The notes below the pieces were generated by a model, which worked only from the letters and a program-made list of their open reading frames with translations, had not been told where the DNA came from and searched no databases. DNA of 63,529 bases, the filler included, from Vannella sp. (Eukaryota), in NCBI GenBank assembly GCA_023345925.1. It is 8 parts of 8 records of this genome, joined end to end, with 100 filler letters (N's around TTAATTAATTAA, not from the genome) between each part and the next. Parts side by side here need not be neighbours in the genome. Positions count along the whole stretch, not along the records: positions 1 to 6,190 come from JAJQQN010001272.1; positions 6,291 to 14,345 come from JAJQQN010001150.1; 6 more parts are not named here. One strand, written 5' to 3'. The stretch's first letter is position 1, and each line of letters opens with the position of its first letter. The position numbers and the translations under genes were made by a program. Below, piece after piece: positions 1 through 11,049 of the stretch.

Positions 1-79
1 CCAGAACCTCTGAGTGCTCAGAGCAGCATCAGAACCTTTGCTTTTGACACTCTTCACCGCAATAATAACTTTAATCTGC

Positions 80-2005
80 TCAAAGTAGCGAAGCTGGCCT
101 TGGCATGGAAGGGGCAGCAGGGGATTGGATCATCACAAAAGATTCCCGCCATAACTCATCAATGAGCTTCTGTTTTACCGTAGCGATGTTCTTCTTCTCC
201 TCCCGGTGACCCTGCCCGTTCCCCCTTGTACCGGGAGTGTAAGGAGACTCAGGAACAAGTTCCAAAGAAGGCCGAGAGGGACTCCTTTCGGCACTCATTT
301 GTTTGTGCAGCAAATCGTACACGATAGAGCTCTTCTCCTGCTCAAAAGCATTGCGATGCTGTGCAGACTCTAATTGCAGCTGCTCATAGTCTGCAATCAA
401 CCCTTCCAGCTGTTGTTTGGTGGTGGAGTGAGTTTGGGAAAGATCGAGAATGTGCTTTTGCAAGTCACAAGAGATCTCTTTGGATACTTCCAAGTTCTTC
501 TTCTCTTGATAGAGCAACTCATTCTTAGCTTCAATCTCCTTTTGGGCCAATGCCAATTGAGATTGAGTGGCTGAAAGCTCTTCTTGTTGCTCAACGAAGC
601 TCTCTCGCATGGATGCGAGGTTCTCCATCTGTTGGCAGATGCGGTCTAGTTGGCTCTCTATCTCTTGGTAGCTTTCTTCGTAAGAGCGAAGCTTGGCAGC
701 TTGAGTTTGGGAGATTTCTTGTGCTCGAGCTTCTGCCGCTTCAGCTTTCTCTTGAAGGGAAGCGATTTTGCGTTCGTGGGCTTGGTTCCTTTCTACTATC
801 TCTTTTCTGAGTCCACTGCACTGCTGCTGGAGGTCACTAATGGTACTCTGATGCATCTGTAAGGCTTGTTGGAGCTCTGTGACATGGGGATTCGCCCCCA
901 GAGGCACCGGAGTCGCAAAAAGCTGGTCCCTTGGAACTCCAATCTCTACTCTCGCCTCTCCAGACTGTGATTCACTCCCTCCAAGGGCCTGAAGGGAAGA
1001 GAACTGGTCGATGCGCATGCGCAGTTCTGCAATGAGAGTGTCTTTCTCTCTACTCTGTGCCGCACTTGCCGCTCCTTCTCTCCTTAAGGCTTCTGTTTGC
1101 CCTTGGAGGGTATGTAAAGCCTCCTCCACCTGAGCTAACTCCTGCCGGACGCTGGAAAGGGCTGCTTGGCTCTCACTTACAGTCAGATCACGATCAGCAC
1201 TCTGCTGGCACTTAAGCTGTAACGTGGCAACCGTCTGTGACAAACTGGCGCTCTCGTTCTTGCTCTCAGCTACTTCTCGAGTGAGCTGAGCAACTTGAGC
1301 CTCCAACTCCGCTGTCCTCGTTCCGTTTGGCTCTGTCATACTTGAAGGAGCCAACTGGACAGTTGGTGGAGATGCACCTTGGAGCTGGCTCAGCTGTTGC
1401 TCCAGCCTGCGGATCTTTGTGTCAGCCTCCTTCCGCGCTTCATCCGTCGAGCTTTTCAGGGCATTTTTGATGCGTTCAAGTAAGCGGTGCTTCATCTCTG
1501 CATCAACAGCACGCTTGTTCTCTGCTTCGTACTTCTGTTGCAGCTCTTCCACTTGCGCACGTAGACGGACAAGAAGTTCATCTCCGTTTGATGCTTGTTC
1601 GTTGAGGTTAGCAGAGGGAGGTCCCTGAGGACTCTCAACAGCGTAATGATCAAAGAGTCGCTTCAGCTGCCCTTGGAGCTGGTCGATCTGACGATCCTTT
1701 TCAGAGAGTTCTTGTTGGTGTTGGTTAGATAAGCTGGTAGACAAAGCTGCAGCATCCATTCTGGCTTGCTCCTGCAACTCCAGTAGGTTCTGTGCATGGA
1801 GCTTCTTCGAATTGGCTCGTTCTGCCATCAATCGCTCGTTCTCTTCCTGTCGAACAGCGTCGAGTGCTCCTTTGGCCTCATCTAACTGCACTTGCAAGTC
1901 CTGACTCATCTCCATCAGTTGAGAACAAAGGTCATTAGCTTGTTCGTATCCCTGACGGTACTTCTCCACCTCCCCCTGAAGCCGTTCAAGGTCACCGCCC
2001 TCCAT
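80..2005 (-). CDS. Long coiled-coil protein of unknown function (641 aa)
   Basis: Uninterrupted ORF, E/Q/L/K-rich heptad pattern, SP/TP-rich C-terminus. Confidence 0.8.
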   Translation of the reverse strand: MEGGDLERLQGEVEKYRQGYEQANDLCSQLMEMSQDLQVQLDEAKGALDAVRQEENERLMAERANSKKLHAQNLLELQEQARMDAAALSTSLSNQHQQELSEKDRQIDQLQGQLKRLFDHYAVESPQGPPSANLNEQASNGDELLVRLRAQVEELQQKYEAENKRAVDAEMKHRLLERIKNALKSSTDEARKEADTKIRRLEQQLSQLQGASPPTVQLAPSSMTEPNGTRTAELEAQVAQLTREVAESKNESASLSQTVATLQLKCQQSADRDLTVSESQAALSSVRQELAQVEEALHTLQGQTEALRREGAASAAQSREKDTLIAELRMRIDQFSSLQALGGSESQSGEARVEIGVPRDQLFATPVPLGANPHVTELQQALQMHQSTISDLQQQCSGLRKEIVERNQAHERKIASLQEKAEAAEARAQEISQTQAAKLRSYEESYQEIESQLDRICQQMENLASMRESFVEQQEELSATQSQLALAQKEIEAKNELLYQEKKNLEVSKEISCDLQKHILDLSQTHSTTKQQLEGLIADYEQLQLESAQHRNAFEQEKSSIVYDLLHKQMSAERSPSRPSLELVPESPYTPGTRGNGQGHREEKKNIATVKQKLIDELWRESFVMIQSPAAPSMPRPASLL

Positions 2006-2163
2006 TTGCCCCCCAAAACTGAAACTTTAAAATATCATAAAAAAGTGATATGAAATGGGGCCGGTGGTTTTTGAGCCACTTTTATCGGTTGGGGAGTTGG
2101 AAGGGGACTTCCTCCTTGGAAAGGAGTGGAACAGAACCTCTTGGTGCTTAGCAGTGGTTCTAG

Positions 2164-3012
2164 TTACCACAGGAGCACGGCCATGCACACTGCAATGACG
2201 ATGGCAACTTGGTGAACGGGAGCGGGGCTCTCTTCGAAGTAGATGAGGTACGGCTCTTCATACTCGACGTCCTCGTTGGCTCGGCATTCAGATACAGAAG
2301 CTTCTCCTTGAAGGTCATAAAGGTCGAAGTTGTGGCGAAGGGGGTCGCTGTTATCTTCTGGATTGGGCTCTCCATCAGCTGCTGTTGCCCACCAGAGGTT
2401 GGCAAGGCGTCCATCGAGAAGACGAAGATGAAGGGATACTCCAATAGCTCCTTTCTCTTCGTAGAAACCAGAGCCGATGCGGTTGTCTAGAAAGAGAGCT
2501 CCGTTCTCTTTCCCCAGAGACACAATACCGTCCGTATTGATCTCATAGCTTCCATAGTACAAGGTGTTTTCTGTACAGAGATCATATTGCTGTCCATCAC
2601 GTTGCCAAGAGCCGGTAATGCTTCCTTCGTCCGCCAAGACGCCGCACTTGACTTGGTCCACGGTGCTGTCGTCTCCAACCAAGCTCTCGTTCCACTCGAA
2701 GCGAGTAGAGCTTCCTGCACAGGTCCAGTGGCCCTCAAAGAAGTCGCCATCGCTTGAGAGGGTCCACATGAATGTTCCGTAGAAGCAGTTGGTTGTGGGC
2801 CCTCCTGCTTCGTACCAGAAGCCACTAATCTCATCTCCGCTCTTTGTGCCCTGAATGACACCATACTCAGAGTACATGCCACTCGCTTGGTCTCCCCGGA
2901 AGCACAGATAAAGCACTCCTCCAAGTCCTTTGCTTCCAGTGTTCGTCCAGCTGCTGTCTTGCCATTCAGCACACACGAGAGCTACGAACAACAGGACAAC
3001 CGCTCTGGCCAT
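2164..3012 (-). CDS. Secreted, probably GPI- or C-terminally anchored protein with repeated beta-rich domains
   Basis: Signal peptide MARAVVLLFVALVCA; Gly/Trp/Cys-rich body; hydrophobic C-terminus VAIVIAVCMAVLLW. Confidence 0.75.
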   Translation of the reverse strand: MARAVVLLFVALVCAEWQDSSWTNTGSKGLGGVLYLCFRGDQASGMYSEYGVIQGTKSGDEISGFWYEAGGPTTNCFYGTFMWTLSSDGDFFEGHWTCAGSSTRFEWNESLVGDDSTVDQVKCGVLADEGSITGSWQRDGQQYDLCTENTLYYGSYEINTDGIVSLGKENGALFLDNRIGSGFYEEKGAIGVSLHLRLLDGRLANLWWATAADGEPNPEDNSDPLRHNFDLYDLQGEASVSECRANEDVEYEEPYLIYFEESPAPVHQVAIVIAVCMAVLLW

Positions 3013-3209
3013 GGCCACACCAGGAAACAAGCAAAGACTGATTCCTCATTGGCCAGATTGGATGTGACCGGTGGAGGAACTTCTTTTCTTATTCATTCCT
3101 CGACTGGTTAGATTGTAGCACCACATGATTTGAAACAAACGAAAAACCAAATAAATGCTTGGTTTCGGTAACGGAAATAAATGCTTCGTTTCGGACTGAG
3201 GAACTCTTC

Positions 3210-3273
3210 ATGACTCATTATGACCTCATTATGACTCATTATGACTCACGATTACTCATTATGACTCACGATT
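3210..3273. repeat. Tandem array of about six 10-11 bp units (ATGACTCATT / ATGACTCACG), AP-1/GCN4-like core
   Basis: ATGACTCATT ATGACCTCATT ATGACTCATT ATGACTCACG ATTACTCATT ATGACTCACG read directly. Confidence 0.85.
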
Positions 3274-3349
3274 GCGCGTTGATGAAGACACCCACTCGAT
3301 TTGACGCTATTTATCATTTGAGGGTCGTTTTAGAACTGGCACGGCATTC

Positions 3350-4009
3350 TCAGATGTCCAACACTGCAGATCTCTGTTTAGCCTCAAAGTCAACGAACGA
3401 AGGTTGCCTTGTTCGATAGAGCTTTTCACCCCCTTTAAATGGAGGGCATGGAGGAAGGTCCTCTTGGGTGCGGAACTCCCATCTCCCTTCCACTTCGCAC
3501 CGGGCTGGAATTCCAAGGTTACTTCAAGAGCAAAGTCTGAAAGGCATGAACTCACCCTTCGGGTTGACTGGCATCGCATAAGGATTAAAGGGGGAGCCGT
3601 CGACGTCGTCTTCGAAGATCACATCAAAGTCGGCGTTGACGATGAAGTTTCCAAACATGCTTTTAACCCTCCGGATGCTGTTACTTGGGTCTCCACTGTC
3701 AGCTTCAATAGTGAATAAGGTGGCAGAGCCAAGTTGTTGCTTCAGAACGGGCTTTTGGAGAGTGTTGGACGAAGAATTCTTCGATTGCATCTTCACTCTC
3801 TTACGGCTTGGCTTCTTAGTGATCTGTTCAGGCTGCGCAGAGCTCTCCTTTGGTGTTTTCGATCTCCTTGGGTTCTTAGAGCGCACTGATTTGTCCCCAA
3901 CATCCGATGGATTCTCTTCTTGAACCTTCGCGCTTGTCACCTTATCGTCAGCGTTAGACTCCTCGCTCATGGAGTAGCTGGCCAGAGTGTCATCGCCCAG
4001 AGCTGGCAT
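3350..4009 (-). CDS. Small two-exon protein ending in a WIP/verprolin-like WASP-binding motif
   Basis: Intron 3505-3555 (GTGAGT...CCAG, 51 nt) joins the ORF to exon 2 encoding EGRWEFRTQEDLPPCPPFKGGEKLYRT. Confidence 0.55.
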
Positions 4010-4060
4010 GCGCCTGAAGTAAACACAGAAATGGCAGAGTTCTTTCCACATTAGGAGATC

Positions 4061-4223
4061 AGCCAATCAGAAAAGTTAGGGAATTGCCAAAGCTACCGCA
4101 TAATCAACGTCGTTTACCGATTAAATGTGAGTCATTTGAGGAGATTGGGACCTCAACGCGACTTTCTGATTGGTGTGGCCCAAAGGGTCTCTGATTGGTG
4201 TGGCCCAAAGGGCTCTGATTGGT
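4061..4223. promoter_or_regulatory. Bidirectional promoter with multiple CCAAT boxes and a ~25-bp tandem duplication
   Basis: AGCCAATCAG at 4061; TCTGATTGGTGTGGCCCAAAGGG repeated at 4165 and 4190, plus a third TCTGATTGGT at 4214; lies between divergent ATGs at 4009 and 4250. Confidence 0.65.
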
Positions 4224-4249
4224 CAGTTGGTGGTTGTGAGGGGCGCGGA

Positions 4250-6190
4250 ATGGGGGAGGATGGGTCAAAGCTGCTGTTGCGCTACGCCTTTCCCCAAGAG
4301 GAGAACTCTTCATCAGTATACCGAGGGAGAGTGGTGGTTGACTTGGTGTTCTTTGATGGGGCGGTGACAGCCTCTCCAGTGGCGCCTTGGAGCACTGTTG
4401 GGGGTGTGCAGTGGTCCTGGAGCTGGTTACCTCAGGAACTCAAAGGAATGGTATCACATAACCCATTCCGTGTGTTCAGCGCGAACTTTCGCCTTCCTCC
4501 AACCGCATGGGAAGCTCAGTTTCCCTTCCTCGAGATAAGTCAGCTCTTCCTTCACCAGTTCAAGAAGAACGCCATTGGCGTTGAGAACCATGTCACCATC
4601 TTACTTGCTTGGTCCTTTGATACACTTCTCCTGAAGCAGATAGTCGCTACCGCAGCTATAACTCATCCAGAGGTGAGTTCTCCCCGTCCTTTCCTTCAAC
4701 AGAGGACTCAAAGCCTTGTAGATGTTCTCTAGCATCAAAGGCATCGTTCTATACGGTGGAATCCCCCATTTCAACAACTTTCGGCTGTTCCAGACGTTTG
4801 TTGAGGCTCACCGAGACACTCATCGGCTTCCAAGTCGAGCCAAAGTGACAAACCACATCCCTAGCTTGATGTACTTGCATCAGTCACTATCAATACTCAC
4901 AAGGGCTCACTCGATCAAGGTACTGAGCTACGGATCAGTGCCTGACGGAGGAAGCAATACCGTTCCCCTTCAATTACTTTCTGACCGAGAGCATGGCGAG
5001 TATCATTACATTTGTGATGACTTCCTTCATAGCACTACTCTTGAAACCCAGGAGGACTTCTCGTTTGTGTACTTGCTGAAGTGGCTAAGTGACATTTTCC
5101 AATCGATTCCAGGAGCCCCTAGCGCACTCCTTTCCCGCCTGTCTCTCTCTCGAACCCAGGTCATTCCAGGAGAGATGTTTTCTTTAGTTTATACTCTGGC
5201 GCTCCGAGATAGAAGTCTGGTCCTAAGTTATGGCGCTAACATTACGGAGAGCTCCTTCAATACGATGGGAAAGGCTTTGGTTCGGCACCCTCTGCTTATC
5301 AAACGCATCAAAATGACTTCTTTGTTCCCTTGCATCCACCAGATGTTTCACATTCTCGCCAAACAAATATCTGGACTGGAATCAGCTTCTGATAGGCTTG
5401 CAGCGCTCCGGAAAGGGCTAATTGAAGGAAAATTGGAGCTACATTTGGTAGGAGAGGACCGAAAACTCAACCTAGCGCTTGCGTTTATTGCCAGCACCTT
5501 TCAATTCTCTGCAGATGGCCGCCCAGGTACTCCAGAGATACCTCAATCCATCCATTCACACCCAGTGAGTGCCCCAAAGTATATTTATGACATGGATTTG
5601 GACCTTCGCCATGTCTACTGTGTTAAGAGCATTTTGAAAACATGGAAGCTCGCTAATCAATGGAGTAATGAGAGCCAAGAAGACTTTGGAGCAGAGAGGG
5701 CTCTCCTTCAGCAGTTAGCTAGATTCGTGGAAGAGCCATTGAGGATAGCAATCGTCGGTCGTGCGAATGTGGGCAAAAGCGTGTTTCTCAATGCAATGCT
5801 GGGTCGTCAGGCACTTCCAAATGACTTTGCACCGTGCACTGGATCAGTCATTGAAGTTGCTTTTGCGCCTTCTACTAAAGAAGAGCATGCTGTATTGTAC
5901 TTCCTTGCAAGAGAGGAATATCTGGACTTGATGCGTACGCTCACATCAGAGCTGGATCTCTGTAAAGAAGACCTACTTGTGGAGCAAAATAGCCCTAATA
6001 GCCACTGGTCTAGTGAAGAGAAGTGGAAGGGACTTCAGAGGAGTAAAGAGCGCTTAGAATCTGATCTTCTCAACGCTGCAATGGAATATGATCGAATTTG
6101 CAAGAGCTTCCCGGAAGGATCTTGCACTTGGAAAAACGATCCTTCACTCAGCAAGCGAAAAAACGACCAGTCTCTCTGCCAATTCTTGTC
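4250..6190 (+). CDS. Dynamin-superfamily (SLIP-GC/NUGGC- or bacterial dynamin-like) GTPase with long N-terminal extension; 3' truncated
   Basis: Intron 4673-4721 (49 nt) joins ORFs 4127 and 4722; G1/G2 motif IAIVGRANVGKSVFLNAMLG..LP....CT followed by AVLYFLAREEY. Confidence 0.7.
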
Positions 6191-6290
6191 NNNNNNNNNN
6201 NNNNNNNNNNNNNNNNNNNNNNNNNNNNNNNNNNTTAATTAATTAANNNNNNNNNNNNNNNNNNNNNNNNNNNNNNNNNNNNNNNNNNNN
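6191..6290. other. Artificial contig linker (44 N + TTAATTAATTAA + 44 N); same linker at 14346-14445, 22984-23083, 28791-28890, 37734-37833, 51202-51301, 59939-60038
   Basis: Seven 100-nt spacers with a six-frame stop cassette; genes are cut at these points. Confidence 0.97.
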
Positions 6291-6900
6291 ATTACGAATG
6301 AACTTTTTATGTGTTTTAAGCGAGGTACTTTTTGGCTCCTTTCAACCCTGAAGATGGAAAAATGGCCCTCTTAACCCGATTTAGAGGTGCTTTTCAACCA
6401 TGGCCAGCGGACCTGGTTGATCTGGGCCGTGAACTCTCTCATTTCTCTCGTTCGTGTCGAAAATCCAGGAGCGAAGGGAAGGAGGGTTCCAACTCGTATT
6501 TGCGTAGAGCGCCCTGACGACCTCCATCTCTTCAAGATAAGCTTTTGGTCTGATTTCATTTTTTGAGTTTTGGGTCCCAAATGAGGGGAATGCCCTCGCT
6601 GCTCGTGACTTTTCTCGCCTTCGAAAGTTCTTTCGGATCCTGATGGATTTAGAGGTTGACGTCTCTTGGACGAAGGCAGGAGGAAGGTTGGTTGAGTGGT
6701 GTCGATGAACTCTCCTTATCCATCAAATCAGGCCTCATCCAAGTGAATTCAGTATTGAGTACTGAACTGAGTAGATTCTTTTCTCAGAGGCCACGTGAGT
6801 CACTCCTAAAGTCTCAATTGGAAGCGCCAAAAAGGAGAAGAACTGATTAAAATTCGATCATTTATTATTTGGAAATGAAAAAAATCTTGCAACCCTATTT

Positions 6901-9900
6901 TTAGCTCGTTATTATTGCGTCCTTGCTCAAGGAGGAGATTGATGCTTGCCGAACGAGAGAGAAGGAAGAACCGCCAGAGCGAACATCACGACCCGCGAGT
7001 TTAGCATCATTGCGATGCATCCAGCAAGAAATGACCAATAAGATCTCTACTATCAGCATCAGAGGACTAGTCTCTGGTCCTGTACACCTTGGATAGGATC
7101 GTTGTGGACAACAATCCTCTCTTGCTTGCCGTTGATGGAAGTCCAACAGCAAGCAAGGTGTTGGTCTCTCACTCTGCAAACTTCACTCAGAGCATAGGAT
7201 AGAGGTGTGAGTCGACATGCTGACTCAGAAGGAACGTGAGCATCAGGCATTCCAGCATTCATTGTCCTTTCATCAGTGCGAGGGGTTGGATAAAGCCTTT
7301 GACAGGTTCCTAGAAGTTCTTTTTCCATTGCAAAAGGGGGCCACGTTCCAAATCCGGACTTAGTCGGCGCCCAGGTACGACGGAAAGCCAGGCTCATTGC
7401 CATCACTGGCTCTACACCCACAATTGGGTCTGAGATAAACGAGACTATGTATTCTTTAAACCCTGAAACAAGCCACTGTCGCAGTGATTTGAAAGGATGG
7501 ATCAGAAAATAAAGCTCTAGTTAAATCTGAATGCGTACAGTCTAATTAGCGCAAATATCAATGCTTTGCACTTCTTGCAGTTGACTGGAAGTCCACCGCA
7601 CTTGCACAATCAACCAACAAAGAACGTTTGAAACACCTTCTCGAGGAATGTGGGCTCTGATGGCGCCAATCAAAAACAGGAGAATACTGTCACACAGTCG
7701 CTGTAAGGAATGCCAACCATTCCATACTTCAGGTAACACCCAAAGTAAGGGCATTCCAAAAAGCACTCGAATGTGCCGTTGGAGAGAGAGAACTTGGCGT
7801 AACAGAATATCTTCTTGCGAGATGGGGCTCTTTTGCCCTTCACCATCAAACTCTTCAGGCCACAGAGAGCGTAATCCTTCAGCACTGGAATGGACTAAAT
7901 CAGCGGCTTGTGTCATACCGAGAGGTATCATGCAGAACACATTCTGTTGTCCTTGGACCTCAACTAAGGTTCTTCCAGAACTCACAAGTCCCAGGATACT
8001 CTTTTGAAGAGGCTGTGGAATGCGAGATATAACAGAACAGAGCAATTGGCAAACTGACACTGGCATCTGGTTCATGAATGTGGCAAGTGGGTACTCCTAT
8101 CACTCCGAGGTTAGAAGAGGAAAGCTGTGAATGGGACGAGACCTACAATGACTGTGTCCTCATTGAGGAAGGTGTCAACTTCTTCTCGAGGTGATTGATC
8201 CCCCGTAGAAGTGTGACTCCAAGTGTTGCTGTGAGTCCTCTTCAAGGCAACGTCAGAATCGTCCCGAGTGATTACTTTACTTCGATCTAACTCGCTATTT
8301 GAGTACGTGTCAGTCGCACCCGCCGTTTTGGTTTGAGCTTGAGCGTGATAAGTGTTGTTGACAAGAGAGCGGATAAGAGCAGTGTGTTCTTTGTACTGTT
8401 GCCCTAGTTGGACTCCTTCTTCCTGAATTGGCTTGGAATTGGTCGAAGGAAGAGATTGCTCTAGCACAAGATATTCTCCAAAGAGAAGGTAAATGGCATG
8501 AGCAGAAGTCTCTTCGAAGACGGCCTTTGTGACGTCAAACTCTGTTGCTTTAGCAGAAGCGAGAATGGCCAGTGTCTCAACAGCCTGAGGAAGCCACCAT
8601 TTAAAGATGAGTCGAACATCAGTATCTTCCACATCTTCTTGGAGGATTCTGTACAATTCTAGCACATTGGAAAGCCTTTCCTGTCTTTCTGAAGCAGATG
8701 ACGAGTGTATGGACCCGACGAACCGAACCATCAAAGGGAAGAGCATCGAAGCATATCCACTGACAACTGTCATGGACTCGATCTTCTCCAGACCCAATGG
8801 AGCAGAAGGAGAATTTTTTCTCACGGCTTCCCGAACGACTTTGAAAAGATCTGAAGACTCCTTCAAAAGTGTGAGTGAGAACAGAGCTAAGAAAGTTGAA
8901 ACCTACCAGCACTTGCCAGACGCTCTCAGACAAGGACAGAGCATGAAGTATCTGTTGCAGGAAGTAAATCGAAGAGAATTTGTTTGCGCGAATGAAAGTG
9001 ACTGAATCCGAGTAACATGAGTAAGAATCAAGTATCAAGACAACGGAAAGCTCACTCTCAGTGTCCGAGGAGTGGATTGAATAGTGTTCATTCCTTTTTG
9101 AAACACGGCTCGCTTGAGCGTATTTCATTTGAATGAATTTCTGTTTCTCTTCGTAAGAAGATGCGGTAGTTGGCTTGTATGCTTGGAGAGCCTTGGACTC
9201 CATCCGCATGTTGTGATTGCGGTTGCCAACGCTTTTAAGTTTCTATATCAAGTCGTCAGACAATGAAGGAAGAACGGAACTCCCTACCATTGAGTCCGAA
9301 ACCAGCCAAGAGTCGTAATGCATTGACTTGACCGGAGAGATTTTCAATTGGTTGTGAACAGATGCGCACTCGAAGCAAATGAGTGCACCAAACTTGACCA
9401 GAAGCCAAGCAGCATCCCGAGCATTACATTCCGCGCAAACCCCATTCCCAGCGTCTTCCATAGCACGGATAAGATCTCCATTAATGTCATCCGACTCCAT
9501 CATGCTCTCATTGCGTGGAGATCGCTTCATAGACTTGGGAGTGTCCTTCGAATCACTTGGCCGGAGCTCGGAAGTGGGATTCTTCTCAATTGAGTTTCTT
9601 CTTTGACTGAACTCCGCACGAGCTGGCTCTGATTGGCGAGATATAATCGCCATTAACCATCCCCGCAACTGGACGTCGTCCTTTGTGGAATAAACGTCTG
9701 TGCGGTACTCTTCTTTGAGCTATGAACAAGTCAGATTCGGCTTGAGAGGAAGCTTTGGCCTCTTTGGACACACCTCAAACACAAATGATTGCCCGTGGCG
9801 TTCTCTGTCTTCTCCCACTTCCTCGGCAATCAAGTCTGTGAGGTCATACGAGCAGATAGGACGCGCTGACTGCAACAGGGTCAGGAATGGAGAGTGGAGA

Positions 9901-11049
9901 GGCTCTCTCGTGCTCTTACTTCAGAATGGGAAGGGTAGATGAGCAGGATCTTGTCTTTGATGATAGCAAACACATCTTCCCATTGCTTCTTGAGTTGGAA
10001 GTAGCGTTTGACCTCTCCCACGTGGTAATAGTCGGCGAAAGCTTCGTTACAAGTCCTCCCATGAGCTGCAACGGTCAGATCAACTTCCTAGACTGGGGAG
10101 AAGCGACTCACTGCTCATCAGTTTGACAACAGCTTCCATGCTCTTCTCAAGGGCTTGCTGCATCGGCGTTTCCCCGGTACCAGAAGAGTAAGGGTCGGCT
10201 CCGTACTCCAGAAGCACTTTGATGATGGCAATAGGAATGAAGCTTCGTTGCATAGCCCAATGAAGAGGGCTCTCTCGTTTGCTGTCGTCAGAGAGGCTGT
10301 CAGTGCACTTGCGTGGAAACGGAGAGCACGGCTCTTACAGAGTGTGCAAGTTCACGTTTGCTCCATTCTCAAGGAGGAAGCGGACAGCCTGGTGACTTCC
10401 ACCCATACATGCAGAATGTAGGATGCTCTCTCCTTGGTTGTTGATCGCGTGGACTGAGCAGAGTCAGTTTAAGGAACCGCCGGTGATGTGCATGTCCTTA
10501 CTATCAGCTCCATGCTTGACCATCTCCTGCAGGACTTTGTGGTAAAGACCACTGCCTTGAACTGTAATGGTTTTCTCGGTCAATCGCATCAAGTAGGACA
10601 AGGGGACGGTATCATCCTGCCTCAAGTTACTTTCAAGAGTCCTCGTTCGCATCTGCTGCGACTTACGTTGTTCTTGATGTTCACATTGATGTCTTTGGTC
10701 TTTAAGAGCACCAGACAGACATCCAAGTGACCATTCTTAGCAGCACAATGAAGAGCAGTCCAAAGGTTCTGGTCTTTCGCGTTGATATCAAACTGCCTTC
10801 CATTAGTAGTGTAGAGATATCTGAGAAGTCCAAGAGTAGTACCTTTTTGTTGCTCGCCAAGTACTGAGTCAGGAGATAATGCCCTGTCTCGGCCGACAAG
10901 TGAAGGACAGTCCTCCCCTCGGTATCCCGCACCTTGTGAAGCTCAGAGTAGCTCTTCACCGTCTTCTTGACAAGATTCCAATCATACTCCTGCTCCCTCG
11001 CATTCCGAACGAAAGATATCAGCTGCGCCGTCCCGCTCACCCTCTCCAT
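6901..11049 (-). CDS. Multi-exon ankyrin-repeat / PH / ArfGAP protein; 3' extent uncertain and may be two genes
   Basis: Ankyrin repeats (GRTVLHLSAETGH, LHCAAKNGH); PH-like segment near 9900-10050 (KKQWEDVFAIIKDKILLIY); ArfGAP zinc finger CAECNARDAAWLLVKFGALICFECASVH and FIQMKY. Confidence 0.65.

Noticed and set aside
3210..3273. CRISPR array
   Set aside because: Units are 10 bp with no spacers, there are no cas genes, and the context is eukaryotic
6235..6246. Recurrent TTAATTAATTAA palindrome as a biological repeat or CRISPR-like element
   Set aside because: Always centred in identical N-runs; it is an artificial six-frame stop linker
6291..6850. Possible 3' end of a plus-strand gene
   Set aside because: Only short ORFs with no recognisable motif
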